A stretch of 64,000 nt of DNA from an uncultured Chloroflexia bacterium (GTDB lineage Bacteria > Chloroflexota > Anaerolineae > JAAYZQ01): assembly GCA_963783445.1 (NCBI GenBank), contig CAWANP010000020.1, positions 651,973 through 715,972 of the forward strand, in the 5' to 3' direction. Positions within the stretch are counted from its first letter, which is position 1; each line of letters starts with the position of its first letter. Both the position numbers and the translations under genes were made by a program. Positions 33,351 to 43,298 of this stretch are shown here, piece by piece. Below the pieces are notes generated by a model, which was not told the origin of the DNA, did no database searches, and saw only the letters and a program-made list of their open reading frames with translations.

Positions 33351-34895
33351 CTAATCTCCCTGCCAGCGCAGGATCGGCTGGCGCGCCGCTCGGACTTCGT
33401 CCAGGCGGCCGACGGGTGCGGTGTAGGGCGCCTCGTGGAGCACATCAGGGTCTGTCAACGCCTCGTCGCGGATGGAGCGCAACGCTGCAGCAAAGGCATC
33501 CAGAGTCTCTTTGCTCTCGGTCTCTGTCGGCTCGATCATCAGCGCCTCGGGCACATTGAGGGGAAAATAGTTGGTGGGTGGGTGGAAGCCATAGTCGATG
33601 AGGCGCTTGGCAATGTCCAGGGCGTGGACATCGGGCGCTCCGGGGATGATTCCCTGGGCCACAAACTCGTGCATGTGAGTTCGGTCGTGGGAGATAGGAA
33701 AGACGCCATCCAGCTGGCTCTTGAGGTAATTGGCGTTGAGTACAGCCATCTCACTGGCCCGGCGCAGGCCCTCAGCGCCCAGCGTGCGGATATAGGTGTA
33801 AGCCCGTACCAAGACCCCAAAATTGCCGTAGAAAGCCTTCACACGGCCGATGCTCTTCTCAGGTATGACCAGGTGGAAGCAGATCGCCTCTGCATCGCCG
33901 GCCTGTTCGGCTGCTTCGTCCCAATCCTTGCCGCAGCTACAGTCGCACCCCGCCTCCGTGCAGTGGCAGAGTTCAACGATAGGGCCGGGCAGGTAAGGCA
34001 CAAGCTTTTCGGTGACGCCCACCGGGCCAGCGCCGGGCCCACCACCGCCATGCGGGGTAGAAAAGGTCTTGTGCAGGTTAAAGTGCATCACGTCAAAGCC
34101 CAATTCTCCTGGCTTGGCGATGCCCATGATGGCATTAAAGTTGGCGCCGTCACCATAGATCAGCCCACCACAACCATGGATCAGGTCCATGATCTCGGGC
34201 AACTGCTCCTCAAAGAGGCCCAGGGTATTGGGGTTGGTCAGCATCAAGCCGCAGATCGTCTCGTCGCAGACGGAGCGCAGGGCCTCCAAGTCGACATTGC
34301 CCCGCTCATCCGATGGTACCTCAATCACGTCCAGACCGCTCATCGCTGTCGTGGCCGGATTGGTACCATGGGCGCTATCGGGCACAATGATCTTGGTGCG
34401 TTTTTCGTCTCCACGATCGACGTGATAAGCGCGCATGATCAGTACGCCGGTCAGCTCGCCGTGGGCCCCTGCTGAAGGCTGCAGGGTCACGCCGGCAAAA
34501 CCACCGATTTCCTTCAGCATCTCCTGGAGTTCGTACATGAGCAGCAGATTGCCTTGCACGGTGTGGGGGTTCTGGTAGGGATGGGTCTTGCCAAAACCGG
34601 GCAGGCGGGCGGCGGCCTCGTTCACCTTGGGATTGTACTTCATGGTGCACGAGCCCAGGGGATAGAATCCGATGTCGATGGCCCAGTTAAGCTGGCTGAG
34701 GCGCACATAGTGACGGGCCAGGTCCAGCTCGCTGACCTCGGGCAGGTCTACGCTTTCGCGGAGCATGGACTCGGGTGGCAACTCGGCTTTGGGCACATCC
34801 AGCGCTGGGAGTGTTGTTGCTGTGCGGCCAGGCTTGCTCAGTTCGTAGATGATCGGCTCTGCGCCAGCGCAGCGAACGCCAAAGTCTGCTTTCAT
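33351..34895 (-). CDS. gcvPB: Glycine dehydrogenase (decarboxylating) subunit 2
   Basis: PLP-dependent GcvPB (SCTMKYNPK, FNLHKTFSTPHGGGGPGAGP). Its ATG overlaps the gcvPA TGA (ATGA-type), and AAGGAGG lies upstream. Confidence 0.85.
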   Translation of the reverse strand: MKADFGVRCAGAEPIIYELSKPGRTATTLPALDVPKAELPPESMLRESVDLPEVSELDLARHYVRLSQLNWAIDIGFYPLGSCTMKYNPKVNEAAARLPGFGKTHPYQNPHTVQGNLLLMYELQEMLKEIGGFAGVTLQPSAGAHGELTGVLIMRAYHVDRGDEKRTKIIVPDSAHGTNPATTAMSGLDVIEVPSDERGNVDLEALRSVCDETICGLMLTNPNTLGLFEEQLPEIMDLIHGCGGLIYGDGANFNAIMGIAKPGELGFDVMHFNLHKTFSTPHGGGGPGAGPVGVTEKLVPYLPGPIVELCHCTEAGCDCSCGKDWDEAAEQAGDAEAICFHLVIPEKSIGRVKAFYGNFGVLVRAYTYIRTLGAEGLRRASEMAVLNANYLKSQLDGVFPISHDRTHMHEFVAQGIIPGAPDVHALDIAKRLIDYGFHPPTNYFPLNVPEALMIEPTETESKETLDAFAAALRSIRDEALTDPDVLHEAPYTAPVGRLDEVRAARQPILRWQGD

Positions 34896-36322
34896 CAGCC
34901 CACCTCCTTTACCGACTCGGCCAGAGCATCTACCAGGGCGTCGATCTCTCTGCGGCTGATGACCTCGGTCACACACAGCAGCATGTGGTTCTCCAGACGG
35001 GGGTAGTCGCGACCCAAATCGTAACCGCCAATGATGCCCCATTCGTTGAGCAGATAGTCGTTGACATCCTTGACCGGTGTGGGACAGCGAACGACGAATT
35101 CCCTAAAGAAGGGCTTGCCCCCAACAACCTGGTAGCCATCCAGTTTACCGATGCGGGTGGCGGCATAGTGGGCTTTGTGATAGCAGAGCTCGGCCAGCTT
35201 GCGCAGGCCCGCCGGACCCAGAGCGGCCAGATGGACGGCTGTGGCGAGAGCGCAAAGGGCTTGATTGGTGCAGATATTGGAGGTGGCGCGTTCGCGGCGG
35301 ATGTGCTGCTCGCGGGTAGAGAGGGTCAGGACAAAGCCTCGTTTTCCCTCGGCATCCACGGTCTGCCCTACCAGCCGTCCAGCCGACTTGCGCACGTACT
35401 GTTGGCGGCAGGCAAAGATTCCCAGGTACGGCCCGCCATAGTTCAGCCCGTTGCCCAGGGCCTGGCCCTCACCAACGACCACATCGGCTCCATAGTCGCC
35501 CGGCGGCTTTAGCAGGCCCAGGCTGATGGGGTCGGTGACCACGATCAGGAGTGCCTTGACCGCGTGGACCTTTTCAGCCAGGCCCTCCAGATCCTCGATC
35601 TCACCGAAAAAGTTGGGGCTCTGGACGATCAGACAGGCGGTATCCTTGTCCACGAGACCTGCCAGATCCCCTATCGCGGTGCCGCTCTCCTGTCCCATGG
35701 GCGCCGAAGGGGTGTCGTCGCCGACAACCTCGACACCCATGCCCTGCGTGTAGGTACGGACCACGGCCCGGTATTCAGGGTGGACAGCCGGGGAGACGAC
35801 TACCTTCTTCCGGCGCCCGCGGTGCACGCTGATGGCCATGATCACGGCTTCGGCGGTAGAGGTCGCACCGTCATAATGCGATGCGTTGGCTGCATCCATG
35901 CCGGTCAGGGCGCAGACCATGCTCTGGTATTCGAATATGCTCTGTAGCGTGCCCTGGCTGATCTCAGGCTGGTATGGGGTATAGGCCGTATAGAACTCGG
36001 AGCGGCTAATGACATGGTCCACGATGCGGGGGACATAGTGGTCATAGGCGCCAGCGCCCAGAAAACTGGAAAAGTGACCGGTATCCAAGTTTTCCTCTGT
36101 CATGGCCTGAAGATCGGCCATGATCTCCATTTCGGACAGTGGTTCTGGCAGTTTCAGCTCGGGGAAAAGATAGCTCGCCGGCACGTCGTGAAAAAGGTCA
36201 TCTACCTGTTCTACGCCGATGGCGGCCAGCATTTCCAGCCTGTCCGCGTCCGTGTGCGGAAGGTAGGTCATGGACAACTCCTTCAAATCACCAATCAACC
36301 AATGGCCGGCTTCCCGGTTCAA
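34895..36322 (-). CDS. gcvPA: Glycine dehydrogenase (decarboxylating) subunit 1
   Basis: 475 aa: EFYTAYTPYQPEISQGTLQSIFEYQSMVCALTGMD. Confidence 0.85.
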   Translation of the reverse strand: MNREAGHWLIGDLKELSMTYLPHTDADRLEMLAAIGVEQVDDLFHDVPASYLFPELKLPEPLSEMEIMADLQAMTEENLDTGHFSSFLGAGAYDHYVPRIVDHVISRSEFYTAYTPYQPEISQGTLQSIFEYQSMVCALTGMDAANASHYDGATSTAEAVIMAISVHRGRRKKVVVSPAVHPEYRAVVRTYTQGMGVEVVGDDTPSAPMGQESGTAIGDLAGLVDKDTACLIVQSPNFFGEIEDLEGLAEKVHAVKALLIVVTDPISLGLLKPPGDYGADVVVGEGQALGNGLNYGGPYLGIFACRQQYVRKSAGRLVGQTVDAEGKRGFVLTLSTREQHIRRERATSNICTNQALCALATAVHLAALGPAGLRKLAELCYHKAHYAATRIGKLDGYQVVGGKPFFREFVVRCPTPVKDVNDYLLNEWGIIGGYDLGRDYPRLENHMLLCVTEVISRREIDALVDALAESVKEVG

Positions 36323-36361
36323 GAGCGCCGAGATGGGTGGCTTGGTGGATTGATGGGTTGG

Positions 36362-36751
36362 TTATTCGTCCAGTCCGGCGACGAAGGCTGTATATGCCTC
36401 AGCATCCATCAGGGCGTCCAGTGAGCCCATGTCTGCGATGGCGATACGTACAAGCCAAGCTTCGCCAAATGGATCCTGGTTGACCAGCTCCGGCGAGTCT
36501 TCCAGCGCTTCGTTGATCTCCAGAATCTCGCCGCTGATGGGCATATACACGTCCGAGGCAGCCTTGACCGACTCGACCACCGCGAGCACATCACCAGGTT
36601 CAAAGCTGTCGCCCACTTCGGGCAGTTCCACATAGACAACGTCTGACAATTGTTCCTGGGCGTAGTCACTGACGCCAATTACGCCCTCGTCCCCTTCTAC
36701 ACGGACCCATTCGTGTTCTTCATGATATTTGCAGCCCGGATCGACTTTCAT
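36362..36751 (-). CDS. gcvH: Glycine cleavage system H protein (lipoyl carrier)
   Basis: 129 aa with lipoyl-lysine motif VESVKAASDVYMPISGEI. Confidence 0.85.
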   Translation of the reverse strand: MKVDPGCKYHEEHEWVRVEGDEGVIGVSDYAQEQLSDVVYVELPEVGDSFEPGDVLAVVESVKAASDVYMPISGEILEINEALEDSPELVNQDPFGEAWLVRIAIADMGSLDALMDAEAYTAFVAGLDE

Positions 36752-36870
36752 GTTCTTCTTTGAACCTCCTTTTCTCTTGGTTTCAGCAACTACTCAGACC
36801 TGTCAGGCTTTTGTCTGACCTGCATATTGTAGCATCAAATGGCAGGGCTGACAAGCCACAGCGTAGGTTT

Positions 36871-37725
36871 TCACAGCACGCAGCACTCGCGGATCTGGCG
36901 CATGGCCAGGCCCAGTTCAGCAGCCCGCTGCCGGGCCGGGCGTGCGGGACTGACGATCACATTGAACCCTGCCTGTACGGCCATAGGATCAAGTTCGTTG
37001 CGGTATTTGCCTTTGGGTCGCATGCAGCCCAGGTAGAGGGGGGCGTCTGGGAAGCGCACGCGCGCTTCTGCCAGGAGTTCCGCCACCACACCCACCGCCG
37101 GCGGCTGGCGGTCGGCGTACCGGGTGCCCGGCGTGGGGATAAAGACAAGGATCACGAGTCCATCGAGCCCCAGCTCCTGCAAGCGTTCAAAGGCAGGCAT
37201 TTCGTGGCCCATCGCCCCGCCACGCAGCCCGACTGTAACGTGGGGAAGGGTCGGGCGATGGCGTCGCAACAGGCGGTAGGTTTCGACATAATCGTCCACG
37301 CTTCGGTCAGTTCCATAGACCTCGCGGATGGTTGCATCATCGCCCACAAAATCAAAAGAAACCACATCTACCAGGGGAGTGATGGCTTCCATCTCAGCCT
37401 CGGAGACAAAGCCCACGTGCCAGTTCATCTTCCGGCCCTGGCGCCAGGCCCGGACATGGTCCGCGTGGGCCAGTACCGGCACTCGTCCTTGAGGGTCACA
37501 GCCACCCGAAATGAGGCAACTGGTCGAGCTATCTGGTTCAGACGCCCAGATAGGGCGCATACCGCCCAGGTAGTGGCCGCCACAATGGGCGCAGTCCAGG
37601 GCGCACTGCTCGCCGGTCAGGCTCAGAACCGCTGTGTCCAATGGGTAGGACCAGGTGATTTCGTCGGGAAATCTGGCCTGGCGTATGGCCCAGGCCCTGG
37701 CCAGTTTGCTCTCCAAGTCGTTCAT
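36871..37725 (-). CDS. Radical SAM protein (single CX3CX2C cluster motif)
   Basis: CALDCAHCGG near the N-terminus, 284 aa. Sits 119 bp upstream of gcvH on the same strand. Confidence 0.6.
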   Translation of the reverse strand: MNDLESKLARAWAIRQARFPDEITWSYPLDTAVLSLTGEQCALDCAHCGGHYLGGMRPIWASEPDSSTSCLISGGCDPQGRVPVLAHADHVRAWRQGRKMNWHVGFVSEAEMEAITPLVDVVSFDFVGDDATIREVYGTDRSVDDYVETYRLLRRHRPTLPHVTVGLRGGAMGHEMPAFERLQELGLDGLVILVFIPTPGTRYADRQPPAVGVVAELLAEARVRFPDAPLYLGCMRPKGKYRNELDPMAVQAGFNVIVSPARPARQRAAELGLAMRQIRECCVL

Positions 37726-37767
37726 ATTCGGAGTATAGCAGAGATGCCACTGGGGTGCAAGGCGTGT

Positions 37768-39468
37768 TCAGGCTTCTGTACGCCGGCGGCGCAATGCTGT
37801 CTTGATGCGCTGCCAGAGTGGTTTGACCGCTTCGGCGTCCTCTTTTTCCACTGGCTGGGGGCTGTATCGAGCCTGGACGAAGGCATCGGTCAGGCCTGTC
37901 AGATCGGGCTCCAGATCGGGAAATCGCTGGTCGAGGCTGGATTGATACTCGTACGGTGTCTGCTCAGGGGAGCGAGGCTGGCCTGCCTGGGTGGCCCGTC
38001 TCGCGGCAGACAGGTAGTAGTAGCGGACGAGTTCCTGTGGGGGCAGTCGTCGTAAGGAGAGAAAGCGGGCTAGAATTGAGGCTGTGGGTGGCTCTCCATC
38101 CGGCCTGGCCCGGCGGCGGGCCAGGCTGTCCTGAAAACCCTGGCCCAGGTTCCGCCACCAGATCCGCAGGCTCTGCAGCCAGGCCAGCAGGCGGCCCCGC
38201 CAGGTACTTTTTGCACCGTTCGGGGCATCCAACAGGCCAAGTCGATCCCGGAAAAAGCGTATGAGGGCATATCCTACGATGGCGAGGATCAAGGTCCAAA
38301 AGAAAGCAGAAACCAGGACTTCGAGCCATGGAGGAGGGGCCGAAGAAGCGACTGAGGGTTCGGGGAGTGGCATCAACTCCAGTGGGGTAGCGGGCCGGGC
38401 CGGCTGTTCAACGCCCGGGAACAGGAGGGACAGCAGCAGGCCCAGCAGATAGGGTATCAAGGTGATCATGGCCATGACAGCCTGGGCGATGAGACCCAGG
38501 ATGTAGAGCAGGGTCAGGAGCGGCCCCATTGTATACTCGGTAGGCAGCATCCTGGCCGCCAGTGCAACGCCGATAAGAAAGATCACGGTCCAGAGTAGCC
38601 ACCGGTGGCTGATGCCGCGCTGGACGGGGATCCCCTGCCTCTGCCATCCTGCGCGAGTTACGCTAAATCGAGCCTGGCTCAACAGAGCCACTCCCAGAGC
38701 GAAGTAAAGAAGGGTGGGAAGTACCGAATCCGGAGCTATGGGCAACAGGACGTAAACTAGGGCCGACGCGAGCAGGAGCAAGATGCCGCCCCACAGAAAC
38801 ACTTCGCCCAGCCCGTTGAGGGCTTCCTGGCGATGGCGGACCGGTGGCGGCTGTGTCAGCCACAAATAGTATTCTGTGGAGGTCTTGTCTGGTGGGGCAG
38901 GCGCAAGTTCCTCGTCAGCGTCGAGTTCGCTCGCCTGGCGGGCGACCATGAGGGCTCCTGTCCACAAGGGAAGAAGAACCAACGCCGTGAGAAAATCAAC
39001 GGGAGTCCCAAAGCTACCGGGACTGGAGGGCCATGCTTGGGCATCAGCCCAAAGCTGATCCACACCCAGCGGGATATAATTCACCAGTTTTAGAAGCAGG
39101 AGCAGGATCAACAACTCTGCGGCCCGAGATCCGAGGTACGCCCAGCCGCTGATGCGCCGTCTTCTCAAGGCACGTTCTGACAGGATCCCCTCCATCCCGG
39201 CAAGAAAGCAGAATAGCAAGAAGTAGGTGCCATCCCAGCCCGGTAGCAGCCATTCCAGGACCGTCACGAGGGGCGCCGCCAGGCAGGTCATCATAGCCGC
39301 GATCAGTACCGGACGCAGCAGGTTCTCCACCCACCAATTGCCAGACCTCTGGTCTACCATCGATTGTACCCTGTCCATGCACCTGGGGCTGAGGAGGCTA
39401 TCCCGCAGGTTCTCAACTGATGGATGGGCTCCTGAGGACTGACGCGCCTCCAGATGAGCACCACCCAT
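37768..39468 (-). CDS. Polytopic membrane protein with C-terminal DUF4129-like domain (MoxR/DUF58 partner)
   Basis: About 10 predicted TM segments and a C-terminal soluble region. Sits last in a MoxR–DUF58–membrane-protein operon. Confidence 0.5.
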   Translation of the reverse strand: MGGAHLEARQSSGAHPSVENLRDSLLSPRCMDRVQSMVDQRSGNWWVENLLRPVLIAAMMTCLAAPLVTVLEWLLPGWDGTYFLLFCFLAGMEGILSERALRRRRISGWAYLGSRAAELLILLLLLKLVNYIPLGVDQLWADAQAWPSSPGSFGTPVDFLTALVLLPLWTGALMVARQASELDADEELAPAPPDKTSTEYYLWLTQPPPVRHRQEALNGLGEVFLWGGILLLLASALVYVLLPIAPDSVLPTLLYFALGVALLSQARFSVTRAGWQRQGIPVQRGISHRWLLWTVIFLIGVALAARMLPTEYTMGPLLTLLYILGLIAQAVMAMITLIPYLLGLLLSLLFPGVEQPARPATPLELMPLPEPSVASSAPPPWLEVLVSAFFWTLILAIVGYALIRFFRDRLGLLDAPNGAKSTWRGRLLAWLQSLRIWWRNLGQGFQDSLARRRARPDGEPPTASILARFLSLRRLPPQELVRYYYLSAARRATQAGQPRSPEQTPYEYQSSLDQRFPDLEPDLTGLTDAFVQARYSPQPVEKEDAEAVKPLWQRIKTALRRRRTEA

Positions 39469-39499
39469 GGTGAGGGAAGTACCCGTGGGAAGATAGGCT

Positions 39500-40708
39500 T
39501 TATCGCCATAGGTCTAGATCCTGCTCGGACCATAGGCGGTAGGTATGGACTCCAATCTGGCTGGCCCGCCGGGAAGTGAGCTTGAAGCCGCGGTCCTGAC
39601 AGGTCAGGGCCAGGATGATGACCAGGCCCCTGCGGCGGAGCGCCAAGAGGGTGTCCATCAGGCCGTCGACTTCCCGGGAGGTGACAATGACTACGGTGCT
39701 GCCCCAGGGTAGGCCCAAACTCTTGCGGGTCAGGAGATCGAGAAAGGGTAAAGCCTGACCCTCCGGGGCAACTTCAATGCGGGCCAGGAGGTCGAGCACG
39801 TGCATCAGGTGCGCACGGCCCTTGCGCAGGGGCAGGAAAGACCCGGCAAGGGAGTCCTCAGCTAAAGGGTCATGGCCGTTGGTGAGAAGCCCAACGGCCT
39901 GTCGCTTCTCAACGAGGTGGACGGCAACTGATGCTGTGGTGACGATACCCAGTTCGGTAGCATGATGGCGCTCGGGTTGGCGATAGTCGCCAGCGTCGAG
40001 ATTGAGAAAGGTCGCGGTCTCCAGGGCGATGGCTGGTTCGTAGCGCCGGACCTGTAGGGTCCCTATCCGGGCGCTCGACTTCCAATCCATGCGGCGCAGC
40101 GAGTCGCCAGGTTGATAGTCACGCACCCCCTGAATGCGGGTAGGATCCTCAAAGATGCGCTCGCGGCTAGGCAGGGTGCCAAAGGGCGATTGCGAGGGAA
40201 AGCCCAGATCGCGCAGCGTGATGATCTTGGGATAGACGATGACCGACTCGCTATTCTCGCTCTCGCTGTCCTTGTGCCTGTACTCGTAGGTGGTTGTCCC
40301 CAGCAGATCGCCGCCCTGCACGACCAGGGGACCGATCTGATAGTAGCCTCTGCGCCGGCCGTTCAGGGTATAGGTCAGGTTCAGTCGCTCGCGGGGCAGG
40401 ATGGAGATGACGCGACGGAAATGGCCACCTGGAGCCAGTTCCGCGGGCAGGTTATCGCTGAGGCGCAGCCAGAGTACTGGCAGCCAGCCCCGGTTGTGGA
40501 CCTCTACCTGAACAGCGAAGGGTTGCTCAAAGAAGATCCGGTGATCGTGCTGGCGCTGGACCTTCACGGCAGCCAGAGACCATCGGGCCCACATCCGGCC
40601 CAGAATATAGATACCTGCGAGGGTGTAGAGGAGGTAAAAGAAAAAGTCTACCTTGGTGAAAAAGGCAACGGCGACCAGGACAAGGAGGAATGGCAGGATC
40701 CCACGCAT
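39500..40708 (-). CDS. DUF58 domain protein (vWA-like, MoxR partner)
   Basis: Two N-terminal TM segments then a DUF58 region (YQPGDSLRRMDWKSSARIGTLQVRRYE). Confidence 0.65.
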   Translation of the reverse strand: MRGILPFLLVLVAVAFFTKVDFFFYLLYTLAGIYILGRMWARWSLAAVKVQRQHDHRIFFEQPFAVQVEVHNRGWLPVLWLRLSDNLPAELAPGGHFRRVISILPRERLNLTYTLNGRRRGYYQIGPLVVQGGDLLGTTTYEYRHKDSESENSESVIVYPKIITLRDLGFPSQSPFGTLPSRERIFEDPTRIQGVRDYQPGDSLRRMDWKSSARIGTLQVRRYEPAIALETATFLNLDAGDYRQPERHHATELGIVTTASVAVHLVEKRQAVGLLTNGHDPLAEDSLAGSFLPLRKGRAHLMHVLDLLARIEVAPEGQALPFLDLLTRKSLGLPWGSTVVIVTSREVDGLMDTLLALRRRGLVIILALTCQDRGFKLTSRRASQIGVHTYRLWSEQDLDLWR

Positions 40709-40738
40709 TTTCTCTCCTCCTGGCGCCCCGACCGGTCC

Positions 40739-41740
40739 CTATTCCAGACTCGGACTTGCAGCAGCTAGATCCGCCGGGTCGCCAATGTCCAGTGGCGTCG
40801 CCTTCAGCAAGTAGCTTAGGACGCGGTCTGCCGAGTACCCCCGCAAGGCGCTTTCGGGGCGGACGATGAGGCGGTGAACCAGCGTTGGCGCAGCCAGGGT
40901 CTTGACGTCGTCGGGTAGGACGAAATCGCGCCCGCGGAGGGCGGCAAGGGCCTGGGATGTCTTGAACAGGGCCAGGCTGCCCCGGGGGCTGGCCCCTAGA
41001 GCAAGGTCGGCATGGCCGCGCGTGGCGTGGATAAGACGCACGATATAGTCGCGAACGGTGTCGTCGATGTGTACTTCCCATACCACACGCTGGAGCTCCA
41101 GCAGCCGAGTGCCGTCTACGACCTGGTTGACGCTGGCGATGGGGTGCTCCCGCTGCAGGTTGAGGAGTATCTGGCTTTCGTCCTCCGGTGAGGGATAGCC
41201 CAACGACAGTTTGAGTAGGAAGCGGTCTAGCTGAGCTTCAGGCAGGGGGAAAGTGCCCTCGTACTCGATGGGGTTTTGGGTAGCCAAAACCAGGAAGGGC
41301 TGGTTGAGGGAATGGGTCACGCCGTCGACAGTGATCTGTCCCTCGCCCATGGCCTCCAGCAGGGCGCTCTGGGTGCGGGGAGTTGCTCGATTTATCTCGT
41401 CGGCCAGCAGGACGTGGACAAAGGCCGGGCCGGGCCGGAACTCAAACTCACTGGTCTGTTGATTAAAGATTGAAACGCCAGTGATGTCGTTGGGCAGCAG
41501 GTCTGGGGTGCATTGCAGACGCTTGAAAGACAGACCCAGCGATGCAGCTACAGCGCGTGCCAGCATTGTCTTGCCTGTGCCTGGTACATCCTCGATGAGC
41601 ACATGGCCCTCGCACAGCAGCGCGACCATAAGCATTTCAATGGCATCCCGCTTGCCAACGATAACACGCTCTACGTTGTCAATCAGGGTCTGGGCGAATT
41701 CCTGGACCTCTTGAGGGTTCATGGGCTCTCTCCGGGCCAA
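40739..41740 (-). CDS. MoxR-family AAA+ ATPase
   Basis: Walker A EDVPGTGKT, Walker B VLLADEINRA, sensor QNPIEYEGT. Confidence 0.85.
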   Translation of the reverse strand: MARREPMNPQEVQEFAQTLIDNVERVIVGKRDAIEMLMVALLCEGHVLIEDVPGTGKTMLARAVAASLGLSFKRLQCTPDLLPNDITGVSIFNQQTSEFEFRPGPAFVHVLLADEINRATPRTQSALLEAMGEGQITVDGVTHSLNQPFLVLATQNPIEYEGTFPLPEAQLDRFLLKLSLGYPSPEDESQILLNLQREHPIASVNQVVDGTRLLELQRVVWEVHIDDTVRDYIVRLIHATRGHADLALGASPRGSLALFKTSQALAALRGRDFVLPDDVKTLAAPTLVHRLIVRPESALRGYSADRVLSYLLKATPLDIGDPADLAAASPSLE

Positions 41741-41990
41741 CTGACGGGCACTTTTAGCAGAGTATACGCTCTGAGGCCATTCTACCGTACATCCAGTGGA
41801 CTGTCAATCCTTGCATCGGGGAACTGGGAAGCTGAGGTTTGGGGAAGGCAAATTGGACGTCGCTGCGAGACTTGACGAGAAATGCATCCCGCTCTATACT
41901 GACGGGCCTGGAGTTGGTGGAACGTAGGCCAAAGAAGTGCGAAGGTGCGAGGTAGCCTTGGAAAAGGGCATTGAGGAGCAGGACAAGATA

Positions 41991-43298
41991 ATGCGTCAAC
42001 CATGGTTCAAGTGGGCGATCCTGGCCGGGGGGCTCGGTGTTGCCCTGTGTCTGGTGGTCACAGTGGGACTTGGTTTGTTGCTCAGTCAAGGGAGCAAAGG
42101 GCCGGCCCAGTCCAAAGAGGAGTATACCGTCCAGGTGGCGGTCGTCTATGTCCAGGACCGCGACTTGGAGAAAGCCCGGGTGGCGTTGGGTGAGCTGAAT
42201 GTGCCCAATACCCGTCAATGGCTGGGTGGACTGATCGACCGTTACCTGTCTGAGGGGCGGAGCCCGGCAGAGATCAGGGCTCTGGTAGAATTGGCTTATG
42301 GGCTGGGCGTCAACAGCCCGCAGATCGTGGCTTATGTGGCTTCCCTGACCCCAGCGCCTACTGACACGCTGGTTCCTACGCTCACACCCTATCCTACGGA
42401 CACCCCGCCGCCTCCATCAGCTACACCTATCCCGCCGACAGAGACGTCCACCGCGGTACCGGTGGCGCCGCTTCCGTCGGCAACGCCCCAGCTCCAACCA
42501 ACAGAGACCGCCGCGCCGCCTACGGTCACGCCCAGTCCTTCTGTGGTACCAACGAACACACCGATCCCGCCCACGCCACGGCCTTCGGCTACCCCAACGC
42601 CAAGCGTACTCTTTGAGGATCACTTTGAGGACGGCGCCGGCAAGTGGACGCCGTACCTGCACCTGGGACGGCTAGATCCGGGCCAGTGGTACTGGGACGC
42701 ACATGCTGGCTATCAGGACAGCGGAGGTTACGCCTTCCATCACTCAGCCCATGGGACTAGCAAAAAGAATGCGGAGGATGCTATCACCATGGTCCTGGTC
42801 CCGGGCGCCGAAGAGTGGACCGACTACCGTGCCCGACTCAAGTTCAGGGCCCACAGCGGCAAGAAGGTGGGCCTTTGGTTCCGGGGAAACTTTGAAGAGT
42901 CTAGCAACAAGGGCCAGTGGTTTGAGGGCTACTACTGCCAGGCATTGATCCGCGAAGACGATAAGGACAAGGTACAGTTCTTCACGATGCGGACCTACGA
43001 CGAGCCCGGTAGTCCTTCTCCGGAGAAGGACGAGTACTACTACCACTTTACCAACCCCCATGAACTGGCAAAGGTTTCCTTGAACCAGGACCTGCACCAC
43101 GATCAGTGGTACGAAATGGTAGTAGAAGTCAAGGGGGCGCACATCAAGTGTTTCGTGGGCGATGAACTGGCAGTGGACTATACTGATACGATGGGCTCGA
43201 TATTCCTGAAAGGAACGATCGGTATTGTTCTCTATGGCAGTGAGGAGAGCGAAGGCGTGATGTCCTTCGATGACGTGATTGTTGAGCCTTTGAACTAA
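41991..43298 (+). CDS. Membrane-anchored hypothetical protein with Thr/Pro-rich linker and C-terminal beta-sandwich-like domain
   Basis: Probable start ATG 41991 (GGAG upstream). One TM, a PTDTLVPTLTPYPTDTPPPP linker and a C-terminal Trp/Tyr-rich domain (possibly DUF1080/LamG-like). Confidence 0.45.
   Translation: MRQPWFKWAILAGGLGVALCLVVTVGLGLLLSQGSKGPAQSKEEYTVQVAVVYVQDRDLEKARVALGELNVPNTRQWLGGLIDRYLSEGRSPAEIRALVELAYGLGVNSPQIVAYVASLTPAPTDTLVPTLTPYPTDTPPPPSATPIPPTETSTAVPVAPLPSATPQLQPTETAAPPTVTPSPSVVPTNTPIPPTPRPSATPTPSVLFEDHFEDGAGKWTPYLHLGRLDPGQWYWDAHAGYQDSGGYAFHHSAHGTSKKNAEDAITMVLVPGAEEWTDYRARLKFRAHSGKKVGLWFRGNFEESSNKGQWFEGYYCQALIREDDKDKVQFFTMRTYDEPGSPSPEKDEYYYHFTNPHELAKVSLNQDLHHDQWYEMVVEVKGAHIKCFVGDELAVDYTDTMGSIFLKGTIGIVLYGSEESEGVMSFDDVIVEPLN

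Noticed and set aside
33270-34475. 401-aa plus-strand ORF
   Set aside because: Antisense to gcvPB, whose homology is unambiguous.
36752-36870. Possible glycine riboswitch upstream of gcvH
   Set aside because: Searched the minus-strand spacer for the conserved GGAGAG / ACCGAAGGGGCAA-type blocks. Only a short generic hairpin and an RBS were found.
36760-38055. 431-aa plus-strand ORF
   Set aside because: Antisense to the radical SAM and DUF4129-like genes. A low-complexity Gly/Ala/Arg product.
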